DNA from: an uncultured bacterium | GTDB lineage: Bacteria > Bacillota > Clostridia > Oscillospirales > Acutalibacteraceae | NCBI GenBank assembly: GCA_945949625.1 | Contig: CAMFFI010000001.1 | Coordinates: forward strand, 1-34,455 | Length of the DNA: 34,455 nt | Reading direction: 5' to 3' | Shown: positions 1 through 9,952 of the stretch, one piece after another | Numbering within the stretch: position 1 is the first letter of the stretch | How the letters are laid out: each line of letters opens with the position of its first letter | Program-made: the position numbers and the translations under genes | Notes under the pieces: generated by a model | Seen by the model: the letters and a program-made list of their open reading frames with translations, nothing else | Databases searched by the model: none | Told to the model about the DNA's origin: nothing

Positions 1-76
1 GCTGCGCACCCTGTGAATTGTTAAGCCCCATAAGATTCATTTTGTAATTTATAAGAGCGGTAAAGTGTCTGTACAT
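1..76 (-). CDS. Partial CDS (N-terminus only), possibly an HTH protein
   Basis: AAAGGAG RBS then ATG at 76; MYRHFTALINYKMNLMGLNNSQGAQ runs off the window edge. Confidence 0.6.
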   Translation of the reverse strand, partial: MYRHFTALINYKMNLMGLNNSQGAQ

Positions 77-88
77 TTTATTTCTCCT

Positions 89-649
89 TTAATCGTCAAA
101 AATATTTCCAAAAACATATATTGTTTGTTTGATTTTGTCATTTTCAATATTAAGTCCGGTTATCTTTCCATCTTTTACTTTCATACAAGTTACACGGAAC
201 GCAGCTTTAACTTTGCCGTTTTCAAATTTATAGTTTTGTCTCATTGTTCCGTCACGCATTTTGGATTCTAAAGGTATGTAAATAAGCGGAGCTGTATAAA
301 GTTCTCTTCCGATTCCCCAGTTAACACAGGCGCGTTTGAAAGCATCGCTTGCTTCACCTTTTTCTGAATCAGAATAGCTTTCTGTTCCGCAATCGCTTTT
401 GTAAACCCACCTCGGTTCCAATTCAGAATTTTCAAAATTAACATTTATTCCTACTCGGCAAAAATCTTTATTTTTGACTTCATAATGATTTCTGTCCCAA
501 TTTTCTTTTCCGACAGTTTCATCAAGAATGTTCATATCACACCGAGCGTCTTTATAAAGCAAAAGCGTCACATAGCTTCCGTCTTTTCCAATGCTTCCTA
601 TTCTGCACTCAATATCTTCCGCAGTAAGGTATCTAAATTTAAGTTTCAT
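89..649 (-). CDS. sak: Sak / Rad52-family single-strand annealing protein
   Basis: Motifs YKDAR-x5-LDE-x-VG-x2-NW, KSDCG and KGEASDAFKRACVNWGIGRELY; GGAGG RBS. Confidence 0.9.
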   Translation of the reverse strand: MKLKFRYLTAEDIECRIGSIGKDGSYVTLLLYKDARCDMNILDETVGKENWDRNHYEVKNKDFCRVGINVNFENSELEPRWVYKSDCGTESYSDSEKGEASDAFKRACVNWGIGRELYTAPLIYIPLESKMRDGTMRQNYKFENGKVKAAFRVTCMKVKDGKITGLNIENDKIKQTIYVFGNIFDD

Positions 650-660
650 TGTTTTCCTCC

Positions 661-864
661 CTATTCTTCGTCCTTAATACCGAGCATTTTTGCAATGTTA
701 GAGGAATTATCCATAAAATGCTTTCTGCTGTCCTCGTCTTTAAATCCCTCTGTCCAAAGGTCTTTTAAAAGCCCGTCAAAGCTTTCAAATTCCTCATTGC
801 TGTCTTTCGGTTCTCCCGCGGTGATATAATCGTCATAATATCCGTATGACCTTTTGTCATTCAC
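661..864 (-). CDS. Hypothetical acidic protein
   Basis: 67-aa ORF packed between its neighbours, with GAGGTG RBS. Confidence 0.7.
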   Translation of the reverse strand: MNDKRSYGYYDDYITAGEPKDSNEEFESFDGLLKDLWTEGFKDEDSRKHFMDNSSNIAKMLGIKDEE

Positions 865-1093
865 CCTTTATCACCTCTAAAATTTCATCATCTTTAAGCT
901 TTAAAATTTCCGCAATCTTTCCAAGCCGTTTGATTGATAGTCCAGACGGTCTGCAAAGATATGTATAAAGCGTATACGGCGAAATCCCTAAAACCTTTGC
1001 TATGTCTTTGTCGCAAAGTCCAAAGATTTGCTCCTGCCGCCTCACCCTTGCGCGGAATCTTCCTGCTGCGCTGTCCTGATTTTTTGTTCGCAT
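857..1093 (-). CDS. XRE/Cro-like helix-turn-helix protein
   Basis: DIAKVLGISPYTLYTY HTH pattern; AAGGAGG RBS before ATG at 1093 (ORF-track start at 1123 is less likely). Confidence 0.8.
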   Translation of the reverse strand: MRTKNQDSAAGRFRARVRRQEQIFGLCDKDIAKVLGISPYTLYTYLCRPSGLSIKRLGKIAEILKLKDDEILEVIKGE

Positions 1094-1116
1094 TTTTGCC
1101 TCCTTGTTTTTTTCTA

Positions 1117-1146
1117 TTGACAAAAAAGGCTGTAAAGTGCTATATT
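1117..1146 (+). promoter_or_regulatory. Putative sigmaA promoter (rightward)
   Basis: TTGACA (1117-1122), 18-nt spacer ending TGC, TATATT (1141-1146). Confidence 0.55.
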
Positions 1147-1235
1147 CTAATTAGAGTATTGTTTTTGAATATAAACGGAAAAGTTTTTTACTTTGTCCGC
1201 GTATTTTCTTTACGCTTTCTTTGCCCTGTGACCAT

Positions 1236-1264
1236 AGTATATCTCAAATTTTTCGATAAAGCAA
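1236..1264 (-). promoter_or_regulatory. Putative sigmaA promoter for the leftward early operon
   Basis: Minus strand TTGCTT-N17-TATACT upstream of the HTH gene. Confidence 0.6.
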
Positions 1265-1454
1265 TAGCTTTTTCTTAAAAAATTTGGAATTGTATAATTG
1301 CACATATTTTTCCTTTTGGTGAGTTGGTTAAATGTACGAAATTGACAGAATAAAAGAACTTGCGAAAGTTCGAGCCCTGTCACTTCGACCAAAGTAAAGC
1401 CATTTTTTGAACTTCGTGTCATATTTCGTGGCAGAAATTTTAAAGAAGGCAAAC

Positions 1455-1488
1455 AAAAAAAGCCGGGGAATTACTCCCCGGCTTTTCT
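1455..1488. terminator. Bidirectional intrinsic terminator at the end of the lysis module
   Basis: AGCCGGGGA/TCCCCGGCT stem flanked by an A-run and a T-run. Confidence 0.85.
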
Positions 1489-2168
1489 TATGCTTTTATT
1501 TTTATAACGCCCATTTTTTGCCCTGTCTTTTTTTCAGAAACAGGCTCGTCTTTCTTTTCTTCCGTTTTTATTTTCGGGATTTTTTCAAATTCTTCTCTGT
1601 CATACCATTCTGAATTTTTTACGGTTATGTTTTGGTTGTAATCAATCCAAAGATAGTCGACAGGGTTTACTGTACTGTCAACATTTCCGTTTTCAAGAAA
1701 TTTAAAAACACCGTAGTTTCTTTTTTTAAGTCCGGCGCAATACTGCCAATACTTTGTATCTGTATCAAGCTGTAAATGAAGGTGCTTTCCTGATGTCTTT
1801 GCCCCGGTGTTACCCATATATCCGATTACGGTGTCTTTCGTCACCCTTTGCCCGGCTTTTACCTTTGGCATTGATTTAAGGTGCATATATGTAACGGTAA
1901 GGTCGGAGGCTTTTCCGGTCTTGTTGTTTTCACAGTTTTCATATACAACAATGGCAACATATCCGCAGCCTGAATATTTGCCGGTTGTAACACCGTTTTT
2001 GCCGTCACAGCCAACAAGCTTTACAATTCCGTTTCCGAGGGCATAGACAATATCGCTTCCCACACAGTCAATGCCGTAATGGTTAAATTTCCATTTTTTC
2101 AGATATTTTTTATTCTTATATCCGGCGGTAGGTTTAAAATTGTTTATTGGCAAAACAAGCCTTTGCAT
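1488..2168 (-). CDS. Endolysin, M23-family peptidase
   Basis: HYGID, YMHL and GNTG-x-TSGKHLH motifs; last gene of the lysis cluster. Confidence 0.88.
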   Translation of the reverse strand: MQRLVLPINNFKPTAGYKNKKYLKKWKFNHYGIDCVGSDIVYALGNGIVKLVGCDGKNGVTTGKYSGCGYVAIVVYENCENNKTGKASDLTVTYMHLKSMPKVKAGQRVTKDTVIGYMGNTGAKTSGKHLHLQLDTDTKYWQYCAGLKKRNYGVFKFLENGNVDSTVNPVDYLWIDYNQNITVKNSEWYDREEFEKIPKIKTEEKKDEPVSEKKTGQKMGVIKIKA

Positions 2169-2170
2169 AC

Positions 2171-2467
2171 TTAAACCTCCTTTTTAAGGTCAAGAACAGC
2201 ACTTTCTATAAGATTGTTTATCGCTTCCGTATCAACTTTGTACCCTTTTGTTTTTAAAAATTCAAGAACATATTCCTTTTTTTGTTCTCCCATTTTAGAT
2301 TCTTTGAAAATCATTTCCGCCGCCTGTACCGCAATTTTTACCCAGTTTTTAAGTGTTGCAAAGTTTTCGTCGCCAAGCTTTGCTTTAAGGTATGGAATTA
2401 AAAATGCGGAGCATACCGCAAAAATCAAAAGAAACGCATACTTAATTACTTCTGTAATATCAATCAT
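2171..2467 (-). CDS. Holin, LL-H family
   Basis: N-terminal TM helix, WVKIAVQAAE, G-x2-KKEYV, LIESAV; ATG 2467 is best spaced from GGAGG. Confidence 0.85.
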   Translation of the reverse strand: MIDITEVIKYAFLLIFAVCSAFLIPYLKAKLGDENFATLKNWVKIAVQAAEMIFKESKMGEQKKEYVLEFLKTKGYKVDTEAINNLIESAVLDLKKEV

Positions 2468-2732
2468 CGTCATTTCCTCCCTCGTTTTCAATACCGTATT
2501 TTTTGTTAAGCTTTATCTTGTTTTCAGCTTTTGCTTTGGAATAATAAAATCCTGTTCCTGTCGCCACTTCCGCAGCCGTGGACGGAATAAGATAGATAAG
2601 CGGTTCAAGATTTTCAGTCTTAAGTATCATATAGCAGGCAAAAGCAATGACGGCTATATTAACTAAAGCCGCCACATAAAGTATTTTTTTTGAAAACTCC
2701 GTTTTTTTAGACGGAGTAATTTTTATGTTCAT
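2460..2732 (-). CDS. Two-TM membrane protein (holin-like)
   Basis: EFSKKIL, two hydrophobic segments, FYYSKAKAENKIK; lies in the lysis cluster. Confidence 0.7.
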   Translation of the reverse strand: MNIKITPSKKTEFSKKILYVAALVNIAVIAFACYMILKTENLEPLIYLIPSTAAEVATGTGFYYSKAKAENKIKLNKKYGIENEGGNDDD

Positions 2733-3004
2733 TCAAGCTTTTCCCTCACTCTTCGTACTTCGCCCTCTATTGCGTCAAGTCGTGCTTCTATTCGAGGAAA
2801 CTTCTCCGCATATCCGTTATGTACCTCAAGCTTTTTATTTACGGAATCAAATTTTTCCTTTATGTTTCCAAGTTCGGATTTTACAAGCGCATTAAAAGTT
2901 TCCTGCTTTGTCTGCGATTCTTTTTGATTTCTATGACTTATTATAATCTGCGCCGCTATTGTCGCAGTAGCAGTAATAAGCGCCACAATAACAGCTTCGC
3001 TCAT
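2729..3004 (-). CDS. Membrane-anchored coiled-coil protein (lysis-associated)
   Basis: MSEAVIVALIT TM segment followed by a heptad coiled coil. Confidence 0.7.
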   Translation of the reverse strand: MSEAVIVALITATATIAAQIIISHRNQKESQTKQETFNALVKSELGNIKEKFDSVNKKLEVHNGYAEKFPRIEARLDAIEGEVRRVREKLE

Positions 3005-3237
3005 TTCTTTCTACCTCTTTTCACAGGTTTTTTTTCATCGGTCTTTTCCGTGGGTAATTTAACTACTTCTTTCCCCTCGTCCTCAAATGTTATTTTGGTA
3101 AAGTCAGCGGACGGAAAACTGAATTTCCGTCCGTCAACTCCCTCATAATATTCTCTGCCGTTTTCCGTTCCAAGGTGATACCCTTTAAGCTTGCCTATCT
3201 CCATAGGCTCGGTTTCATAGTTAGGTGCGTGTAACAT
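3001..3237 (-). CDS. Hypothetical protein
   Basis: 78-aa ORF with AGGAGAGG RBS and overlapping stop/start. Confidence 0.75.
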   Translation of the reverse strand: MLHAPNYETEPMEIGKLKGYHLGTENGREYYEGVDGRKFSFPSADFTKITFEDEGKEVVKLPTEKTDEKKPVKRGRKK

Positions 3238-3251
3238 TGCGTTCCTCTCCT

Positions 3252-6200
3252 TTACGCATAATATTTGTAGAACTCTTTTGCTTCACTCTCGGTGAAACCG
3301 ACAGCCATAAGCATAGCAATATAGGATTTAAGCGTTTTCTTTGTGCCGTAGTCCCCTATTGATGTGACGGCGCTTGCCGCAAGGGCTATTTTCTCCTCGT
3401 TCCACTCGTTTGCCGTCCTGCCTTTATTTGCGGCGGCAAGCAGCTTGTCTGCTTTTTTCTTTTGCGTAGAGCCAAGGTCGTCATACTTTGTTTTTGAGCC
3501 TTTTGCGACATTGTATCTCGCAAGAGCCTGTTCGGCATTGTAGCCGTATTCAAGCATATAGCTTTGCAGGTCTTCTTCCTTGTCAGCTTGGTCTCTGAAA
3601 GCAACATAAAGAGAAAGCATTTCCTCGTCCGAGGTGTCCGGCACTTTGCGGATATTTTCAAACGGCGATTTATATTCGCCTTTGTCCTTTTTGCGCTCGA
3701 TAAGCTCGATAATCTTTATATCTTCCTCAACGGTGGTGCTTGTGTCGTTCATAAGATAATCCGCAAGCTGATAAGACCTTGATATTTTCACGCCGTCTTT
3801 CTCGTACTCGGACATATTGTCATACGCCTGCTTGGCGCGAAGATATTTCGGAATCGAAAGCTTTTCTTTTTTAGCGTCCTTAACATCCTGCGTAATTCTG
3901 CTTATGGAATAGTCATCGTCAAAGCCGTACTTTGCCATTTCGTTCGCAATGTTATAGCAGTCCTGTATAAGCTCGGCTTTTTCATTGGGGGAAAGCTTCT
4001 GAAACTCTCTGTCCTTTCGCAATTCGTCAAGCAGCTTGTATCTCTCCTTGCCGATTTTCCTTGCCACTTCCTCATATTCCTTACCTGAAAGTGCAATCTT
4101 CTCTCCGTCAATGGTAATTTCCGTAGGATAGCTTGAAGGAAATACATTCGTGTCAACCTGCGTGTCAAGCTGGTCAAGCATTTTCTGAACTTCGTCATCG
4201 TTTTCCCTGTACCATTTTGCCGGAGAAATAAAGCTTTCGATAAAACGCTTTGTGTCGTTTTCCTCGCCAAGGGAATTGCCCCACTCGTCAAGTCTTGCGG
4301 GAAGCTTTTCTCTGTCGCCGTATGCCGCAGTATATTGATTTATTATGTGCTGTACCCATTTCGGATAATTTGACGTCTTGTCGTTGTAGTAAGTGCTGCG
4401 TTTTTCCTTGTCTGCGCTTTCTCTTGCGTTCACAACAACTCTCGGAATAAACTGTGTCGCAAATTTTTCAGCGCTGTTGCCCAAAACGTCAAACATATCG
4501 TTTGCATATGATTTATTAAAAATCAGGCTCTGAATCGTCTGAAGCATACCCTGTTCCATAAAGGAATCAATTCCTTTTGAAGTAAAACTAAAAGCATCGC
4601 TTAAAAAGTTTGCAATAATTTCAGTCGCGTTCATATCGGATTTTACATTTTCAACGGTGTTTTCGAAAAGCTCCTTAAGACCGATTCCGCTTCTAAGCTG
4701 CATTGAAATACTGTCTATCCAGTCAATGGAAATGTACAAATCTCCGTTTTCTTCATCCTGAATTTTAAGGTACATTGTATTGTCCTTTTTTTCATCATCA
4801 GGCTTATCCTCGTCGGAATCTCTGCCTATCGTAAGAAGTCCAAGCATTGAAAGAATAGCTCCGCCTATGGTAATTGTTGTTCCCGTCATTCCCTTTGCAC
4901 ATCGTTCAAGAACAGAGCGAGCGTCAACATCTCCCTTTGAAGCTGATTTAAGGTCGCTCAAAGCAAAAACAAGACCGGCAGGGCTGTAATTAAATGCAGA
5001 AGCCGCAATGTTTACAGGCACTTTTTTAAACGGAGCCATTGTTTCAACTAAAAGTCCAACAGCATATTTCTTTGCTTTTTCGCTGAATGTGTTCGTCGGC
5101 ATACTTTTCCATTTGTTTATAAAGTTTGCAATGGAACTTTCGTTGTTATATGTACCTTTAAGCGCTTCTTCCATTGAAACCGCTGCTGCCTGCGTATACG
5201 CCTGCACGGCTTTTGCCGAAGCTTTATCGCTTAAAAATTCAGCGCTCCAGTTGTTAGCTTTTGCAACCTGTGAAAAACGGTCTTTAAAAAGCTGCTTTTC
5301 AAAGAAAATATCCGTTTTGTTAAGAATCGTTGTAGGCACGCTGAAAATTTTGTCAAGCATCCAACCCGGAAGATTATATTTTGAAAACTTATTAAGCTTT
5401 CCGGGTAGGCTTTGCATTGTGTTTGTCCTGTTTATTTCGGCAAAATAACCCTCTTTATATTTTGTTTCGGAATTTTTTTCACCGTTAAATACATTTCCGG
5501 CATATTTTGAAACTTCTTTATCTTTAGTTAGAGAAGTTGTCAAAACATAATCTCCGTGCTTTTTCTTAAATCCTCTTTCAAAAAGATAAAGCCAAACATT
5601 TTTCTGCTTTACCATAGCAAGCTGAACCGCGTTTGAAAAGAAGTTCTTTATTGCCGTTATCGGTGAAGAAAGCATACAGAAATAACGAACCGCGTTTATT
5701 TTTTCCCACCCGCTTGCCGGAATTTGGTTCGCAATATCTCTGTTAAGGTCAAGCGTTGCCCTTGCTTCGTTCTCTGTGCCGACACTTTCTTTTGCCTTTT
5801 TAAGAAGTTTATCGTCAAGAATAATTTTCTTTCCGTCAAGCTGTTTTTCGTGCTTTTGATTAAGCGTCTGCGTAAGTTGTTCGTAAAATGCAGTAAAATT
5901 CGTGCGGTCAAGTGTTTTGAGCATTTTCATACTCTCGCTAACCTGTCCTGCATTTGTTTGGTTAGCCGCAATCATAGCATATATCCTTGTAGAAAGGTCG
6001 TTTGCTTCACTCGTATTTATGTCCGAAAGCATTTCGCACATCATAAGGCCAAGAACATTGTGCTCTGCGTCATATTTGGTTTTGCCGTCAGCCGCCCTTT
6101 CAAATTCGGCATAGGCTTTTTCCGCACCGTTCGCTTCAATATAGTTCTTTGCCCAGTTTATAACTTCGCTGTGCTTCTTTTTAAAATAGGTAAGTCCGGC

Positions 6201-9200
6201 GTTTCTGTTATCCCTTACTTCCATATTTGCGGCAATCTTTTCAACAAATTCGTTTGTTCCTATTCTTGAAGCAAGCGCTGTTGCAACAGATTTTGAAACG
6301 CTCCTGCCGCCTATTTCTTTTGGAACTTCCGCCGTTTGATTAAGGGTATATCTCACGCCTTTTTTACCAAGATATTCCGCAAAGAGAAAAACGCTTTGTG
6401 CAACTCTGTGTGTTTTACCTTCCTCATTTTTAACATAATAATTTCCGTCTTTCTCAAAGTATGTATCGCCGTCAATAACGGAATCCACCGTTTCCTGCCA
6501 TACCGTTCTTTCTCCTTTAACGGGGTTTTTAACAACTCTTTCAAGGGCGTTTCTGTCTGCCTTTGTAAGCTTCGTTTCGCTTTGATAGCGGTCATAATCA
6601 TTAAAAGGATTCTTTGTGCTTGCCTTTTCCGGCTGTACTTTGCTTTCGTTCGCCGCCCTCGTAATATTCATAGGGTCGCTTTCCATTGCGCCGACCGTCT
6701 CCGGGTGCTCCGCTCCGTTTTGATATTCGGGGGAATATTCGTTCTGCTGCGTTTTTGCAGCGTTTTCGGAAATTTGCTGCGTTTTTGCAGCGTTTTCGGT
6801 TTGAGCACCGCTGTTTTCCGCCGAAGCTGTTTTTTGAGCACCGTTTTCCGCTTCAAGCATTTCAAGGTCTGTTTTATATTTGTCTATGAGCACCGAAACA
6901 TCTTCCGCGCTTCCAAGATAATCGCTGCCGTTTTTATCCGCAGTCTGCTGTTCAAACTTGAACATAATCTCGCTGTATTTGTCGGGGTTTTTCTGCTCAA
7001 GCTTTGCCATATCACCGTTTTCAAGCTTTTGTTTGAGCATTTCAAGATTTCTAATCACACTTTCAATGCGTTTTTTCTTCTTATCCGTGCTCGATTCCGT
7101 GCTCGCGGTCTTTTCTTCTGTATTCGCAGGCTTTTTCTCCGTGCTCACGGATTTTTTATCTGCCGCAAAATGCTCATCGCGATATTTTTCAAGTTTTGCC
7201 GCCGCTTCGATGTATTTTTGACTTTCTTCTGCCGAAAGCTCCCGGAACTGGTCGTAATAGTTTTCCGAATCAGTTTCAATCGGAACAACACCGTCCTCTG
7301 CCGCTTTTTTATATCTTTCTATAAGAGAATCTATATCCTTGCGGCTTTTAAGCATATATCGGTCGCCCTCGTCCATAATTAAACCGTCATTAAACAAAGC
7401 GCTGTTTTCGGCTTTTATTTCTGCTCTGTGTCCGTTCTCAAACGCTTTCTGCATAGCGCCTTTCAGCTTTTCACCGAAGCTTGGGTGCTTCTTCATAAAG
7501 GCTTCAAAGCTCTCCGCGTTGTACGCTTCGTTGTACAAGGCTTCAAACCTCGATTGCTTCATACTGGTATTGCTGAAATCCTTGTATGCGCGTTTTACCG
7601 TGTCCCTGTCCGCTTTCCTTGCCGTGCCCTGCTGCGGGGCTTTCTGCGGGGCTTTCTGCGGGGCTTTTGTTTCGGCTTCACTCTTTACCTCTGCGGGCTT
7701 TTGAGCCTGCTGTGGGGCTTTCTGCTTGGGCTGTGCGGGGGTTTCGGCTTCCTGCCGTGCGGGGGCTTCCTGTGCAGCCTTTTTTTCGTTAAACAGCTCG
7801 GTATATGCCTGCTTGTACGCTTCTTTTTCCGCGCCTTCACTGCCATTATACAGGTTTCTGATGCGCTGAAGTTTTTGGTCTATGGTAAGGTCGCTGTTTT
7901 TAACCGTTTCGATGGTTTTCTGTGCGGAGCTTGTTCTCTTCCCAGGGGCTTTCTTCTCCGCCGCTCTCACATCAAGCTGGTCAAGCATTTCCTCGTGCTT
8001 TACTTCCTTTTTGGAAGGCTTCTTTTTCGGGGCTTTCTGCTCCGTCTGTGCGGGGGCTTCCTGCTGTGTTTGAGTTTCCGCCTGCACATTTTCTACCAAA
8101 GGCAAAGTGCTCTCAACGGGGCTTTGAGCGCCGTTCTGCGCGTTATTATTTTCAATCGCAGCCGCAATTTCAGAATCGGGAATAATATTATCAAGCTGTG
8201 CATTGACAGTCGCTCTAACGGCAGGGTCTTTTTCAGCTTCAAAAGTAACTTTCATATCTTCAAGAACTTCTTTTTTTGCGTCTTGAAGTTTTTCGTCTAT
8301 TTTTGCATTGCCGGAAAAAGCCTTTGTCATAAGCTGATTTGAAACACCGAAAAGTCCGCCGGTTATTGAAGCAATTTTTGCGCTTTCAAGAAGTTCATTC
8401 CAGTCCCAGTTCTGTTCCCATTTTCCCCTTGCAACAAGGTCAATTACTCCGTCTGCAAGGTAGTTCATAGTATATTCGGCAAATTCCTCGCCGCCTTCTT
8501 CAAGCGCTTCATAGAGGATAGCAGTAACCCATTTCTTTTTTGCTTCTTCCTCAATGGCGTTAAGAGGGCTTTTGCCTCCGCCTATACCGCCAAGGCTCTC
8601 TGCAACATATGAAGCAACTCCGGCAACAAGCGCTCTTGCTGAACTTTCCACTTTGTCAAGTCCTGCGTTTCTGCTTTCAATATATTTGTCGCCGAAGCTT
8701 CCCATTGCCATTCCGCCGGTAAATATATTGTTTGCCACATGTGAACCTTTTTCAGCCGCTACTTTCGCGACTTCTTTCGCCGCCTTATCAAGTGATAAAC
8801 CGTTATTAACTCCTGCCGCAAGTCCTTTTCCAAATGCCGCTTCACTTGCGATAGAACCCGCAAAAGTCGAAATCGGACCGGTTAAAAGTTTATATGAAAG
8901 CATTGTCGCAATGCTGTCACCTGCTTTTGCAATGTCTTGCCCAAGCTGTGAAGGTCGCGCCGCAATTTCATTTTGAAGCTGAACATCTGCAATATCGCCG
9001 ATTTTTCTTGCTGTTCCCTCGTCATAAACCTTTTTGCCCGGTTCATATCCGAATGTATCATAAAGCCAATAACCGAGGTTTTCAACACTTTCTCCGGCGG
9101 CGCTGCGCAAACGGTTCAAAAAAGCATATTCTCCGCCCTTTGTCGGGTCGTTCAGCTCGTCCTCAAGCTCATAATATCTGTCTTTGATATTTTCGCCTAT

Positions 9201-9941
9201 ATTTGTGCGGGTTTCTTGCGCCGTGCTTCCGCCCGGTACTTCCTGCATACGCGCTCTTTCAAGCGCGCTGCTGTTGCGCTTCTTATAAAGGGCGTTCTTC
9301 TCTTCGTCCGAAAGCTTGTCATATCTTCTGCCGGCTTCTTCCCACTGATATTTAAGCCTTTCTTTTTCCGCTTTAAGCTCGTCCTGTATGTTGCGGTTCT
9401 TAAGGTTTTCTACCCATTCCCCGTCGCGGATGGCGGCTTTGCCCATTGCTTCGCTTCTGGAATTTACAAAGTCCTGCGCATTGCCGCTTTTCTCTGCGCT
9501 TCTCGCTTTATCAAGGGCGCTGCTGTTCGCTTTTCTTACATTCTCGCGGCTCTTTTCTGCAAGTGCTTTTTCGGCAAAAAGCGCATTTCTCGCTTCATCC
9601 TCTTTGCTTTCGGGCTTGCTTTTCGGCTTCTCGGAAACCGCGGGTTTCTGTTCTTTTTCCAGTTCACTTTGCGTTATTTGGAGGTCGCGCCGCTTGTTGT
9701 CCGTAATCGGCATTTTTTTATTGCTCACGCTGCTTTTTGTTACGGTGTCAGGCTTTTTTGGAACAGAGGGCTTTTGTTTTTCACTTTGCCCGAAATCGTG
9801 AGGCTTGCCGAAGTTTTCGCCGGAGCGAACTCTCTTTTGGAAGTCCGATTTCTCGTCAAAAGTGCTTCTTCCGGCGGCTTTATCTTTGAGGTATTGGCGA
9901 ATTAAATCTTCTCCGTTTTCTGGTTTCTTTTTATTTGCCAT
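3252..9941 (-). CDS. Giant virion internal/ejection (polyvalent-type) protein
   Basis: 2229-aa ORF; Ala/Gly-rich helical segment with EGGEEFAE, low-complexity linkers, LPD38-like C-terminal region; typical podovirus position before lysis genes. Confidence 0.75.
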   Translation of the reverse strand: MANKKKPENGEDLIRQYLKDKAAGRSTFDEKSDFQKRVRSGENFGKPHDFGQSEKQKPSVPKKPDTVTKSSVSNKKMPITDNKRRDLQITQSELEKEQKPAVSEKPKSKPESKEDEARNALFAEKALAEKSRENVRKANSSALDKARSAEKSGNAQDFVNSRSEAMGKAAIRDGEWVENLKNRNIQDELKAEKERLKYQWEEAGRRYDKLSDEEKNALYKKRNSSALERARMQEVPGGSTAQETRTNIGENIKDRYYELEDELNDPTKGGEYAFLNRLRSAAGESVENLGYWLYDTFGYEPGKKVYDEGTARKIGDIADVQLQNEIAARPSQLGQDIAKAGDSIATMLSYKLLTGPISTFAGSIASEAAFGKGLAAGVNNGLSLDKAAKEVAKVAAEKGSHVANNIFTGGMAMGSFGDKYIESRNAGLDKVESSARALVAGVASYVAESLGGIGGGKSPLNAIEEEAKKKWVTAILYEALEEGGEEFAEYTMNYLADGVIDLVARGKWEQNWDWNELLESAKIASITGGLFGVSNQLMTKAFSGNAKIDEKLQDAKKEVLEDMKVTFEAEKDPAVRATVNAQLDNIIPDSEIAAAIENNNAQNGAQSPVESTLPLVENVQAETQTQQEAPAQTEQKAPKKKPSKKEVKHEEMLDQLDVRAAEKKAPGKRTSSAQKTIETVKNSDLTIDQKLQRIRNLYNGSEGAEKEAYKQAYTELFNEKKAAQEAPARQEAETPAQPKQKAPQQAQKPAEVKSEAETKAPQKAPQKAPQQGTARKADRDTVKRAYKDFSNTSMKQSRFEALYNEAYNAESFEAFMKKHPSFGEKLKGAMQKAFENGHRAEIKAENSALFNDGLIMDEGDRYMLKSRKDIDSLIERYKKAAEDGVVPIETDSENYYDQFRELSAEESQKYIEAAAKLEKYRDEHFAADKKSVSTEKKPANTEEKTASTESSTDKKKKRIESVIRNLEMLKQKLENGDMAKLEQKNPDKYSEIMFKFEQQTADKNGSDYLGSAEDVSVLIDKYKTDLEMLEAENGAQKTASAENSGAQTENAAKTQQISENAAKTQQNEYSPEYQNGAEHPETVGAMESDPMNITRAANESKVQPEKASTKNPFNDYDRYQSETKLTKADRNALERVVKNPVKGERTVWQETVDSVIDGDTYFEKDGNYYVKNEEGKTHRVAQSVFLFAEYLGKKGVRYTLNQTAEVPKEIGGRSVSKSVATALASRIGTNEFVEKIAANMEVRDNRNAGLTYFKKKHSEVINWAKNYIEANGAEKAYAEFERAADGKTKYDAEHNVLGLMMCEMLSDINTSEANDLSTRIYAMIAANQTNAGQVSESMKMLKTLDRTNFTAFYEQLTQTLNQKHEKQLDGKKIILDDKLLKKAKESVGTENEARATLDLNRDIANQIPASGWEKINAVRYFCMLSSPITAIKNFFSNAVQLAMVKQKNVWLYLFERGFKKKHGDYVLTTSLTKDKEVSKYAGNVFNGEKNSETKYKEGYFAEINRTNTMQSLPGKLNKFSKYNLPGWMLDKIFSVPTTILNKTDIFFEKQLFKDRFSQVAKANNWSAEFLSDKASAKAVQAYTQAAAVSMEEALKGTYNNESSIANFINKWKSMPTNTFSEKAKKYAVGLLVETMAPFKKVPVNIAASAFNYSPAGLVFALSDLKSASKGDVDARSVLERCAKGMTGTTITIGGAILSMLGLLTIGRDSDEDKPDDEKKDNTMYLKIQDEENGDLYISIDWIDSISMQLRSGIGLKELFENTVENVKSDMNATEIIANFLSDAFSFTSKGIDSFMEQGMLQTIQSLIFNKSYANDMFDVLGNSAEKFATQFIPRVVVNARESADKEKRSTYYNDKTSNYPKWVQHIINQYTAAYGDREKLPARLDEWGNSLGEENDTKRFIESFISPAKWYRENDDEVQKMLDQLDTQVDTNVFPSSYPTEITIDGEKIALSGKEYEEVARKIGKERYKLLDELRKDREFQKLSPNEKAELIQDCYNIANEMAKYGFDDDYSISRITQDVKDAKKEKLSIPKYLRAKQAYDNMSEYEKDGVKISRSYQLADYLMNDTSTTVEEDIKIIELIERKKDKGEYKSPFENIRKVPDTSDEEMLSLYVAFRDQADKEEDLQSYMLEYGYNAEQALARYNVAKGSKTKYDDLGSTQKKKADKLLAAANKGRTANEWNEEKIALAASAVTSIGDYGTKKTLKSYIAMLMAVGFTESEAKEFYKYYA
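7632..8058 (-). repeat. Coding low-complexity repeats (QKAP/QEAP)
   Basis: Recurrent GGGGCTT(T/C)CTG units, including a tandem 12-nt repeat at about 7632-7667. Confidence 0.7.
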
Positions 9942-9952
9942 AAAATCACCTC

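Noticed and set aside
2465-2473. Lambda-S-like dual start (Met-Thr-Met) in the holin
   Set aside because: No charged residue between the starts, and the first ATG is only 2 nt from the GGAGG
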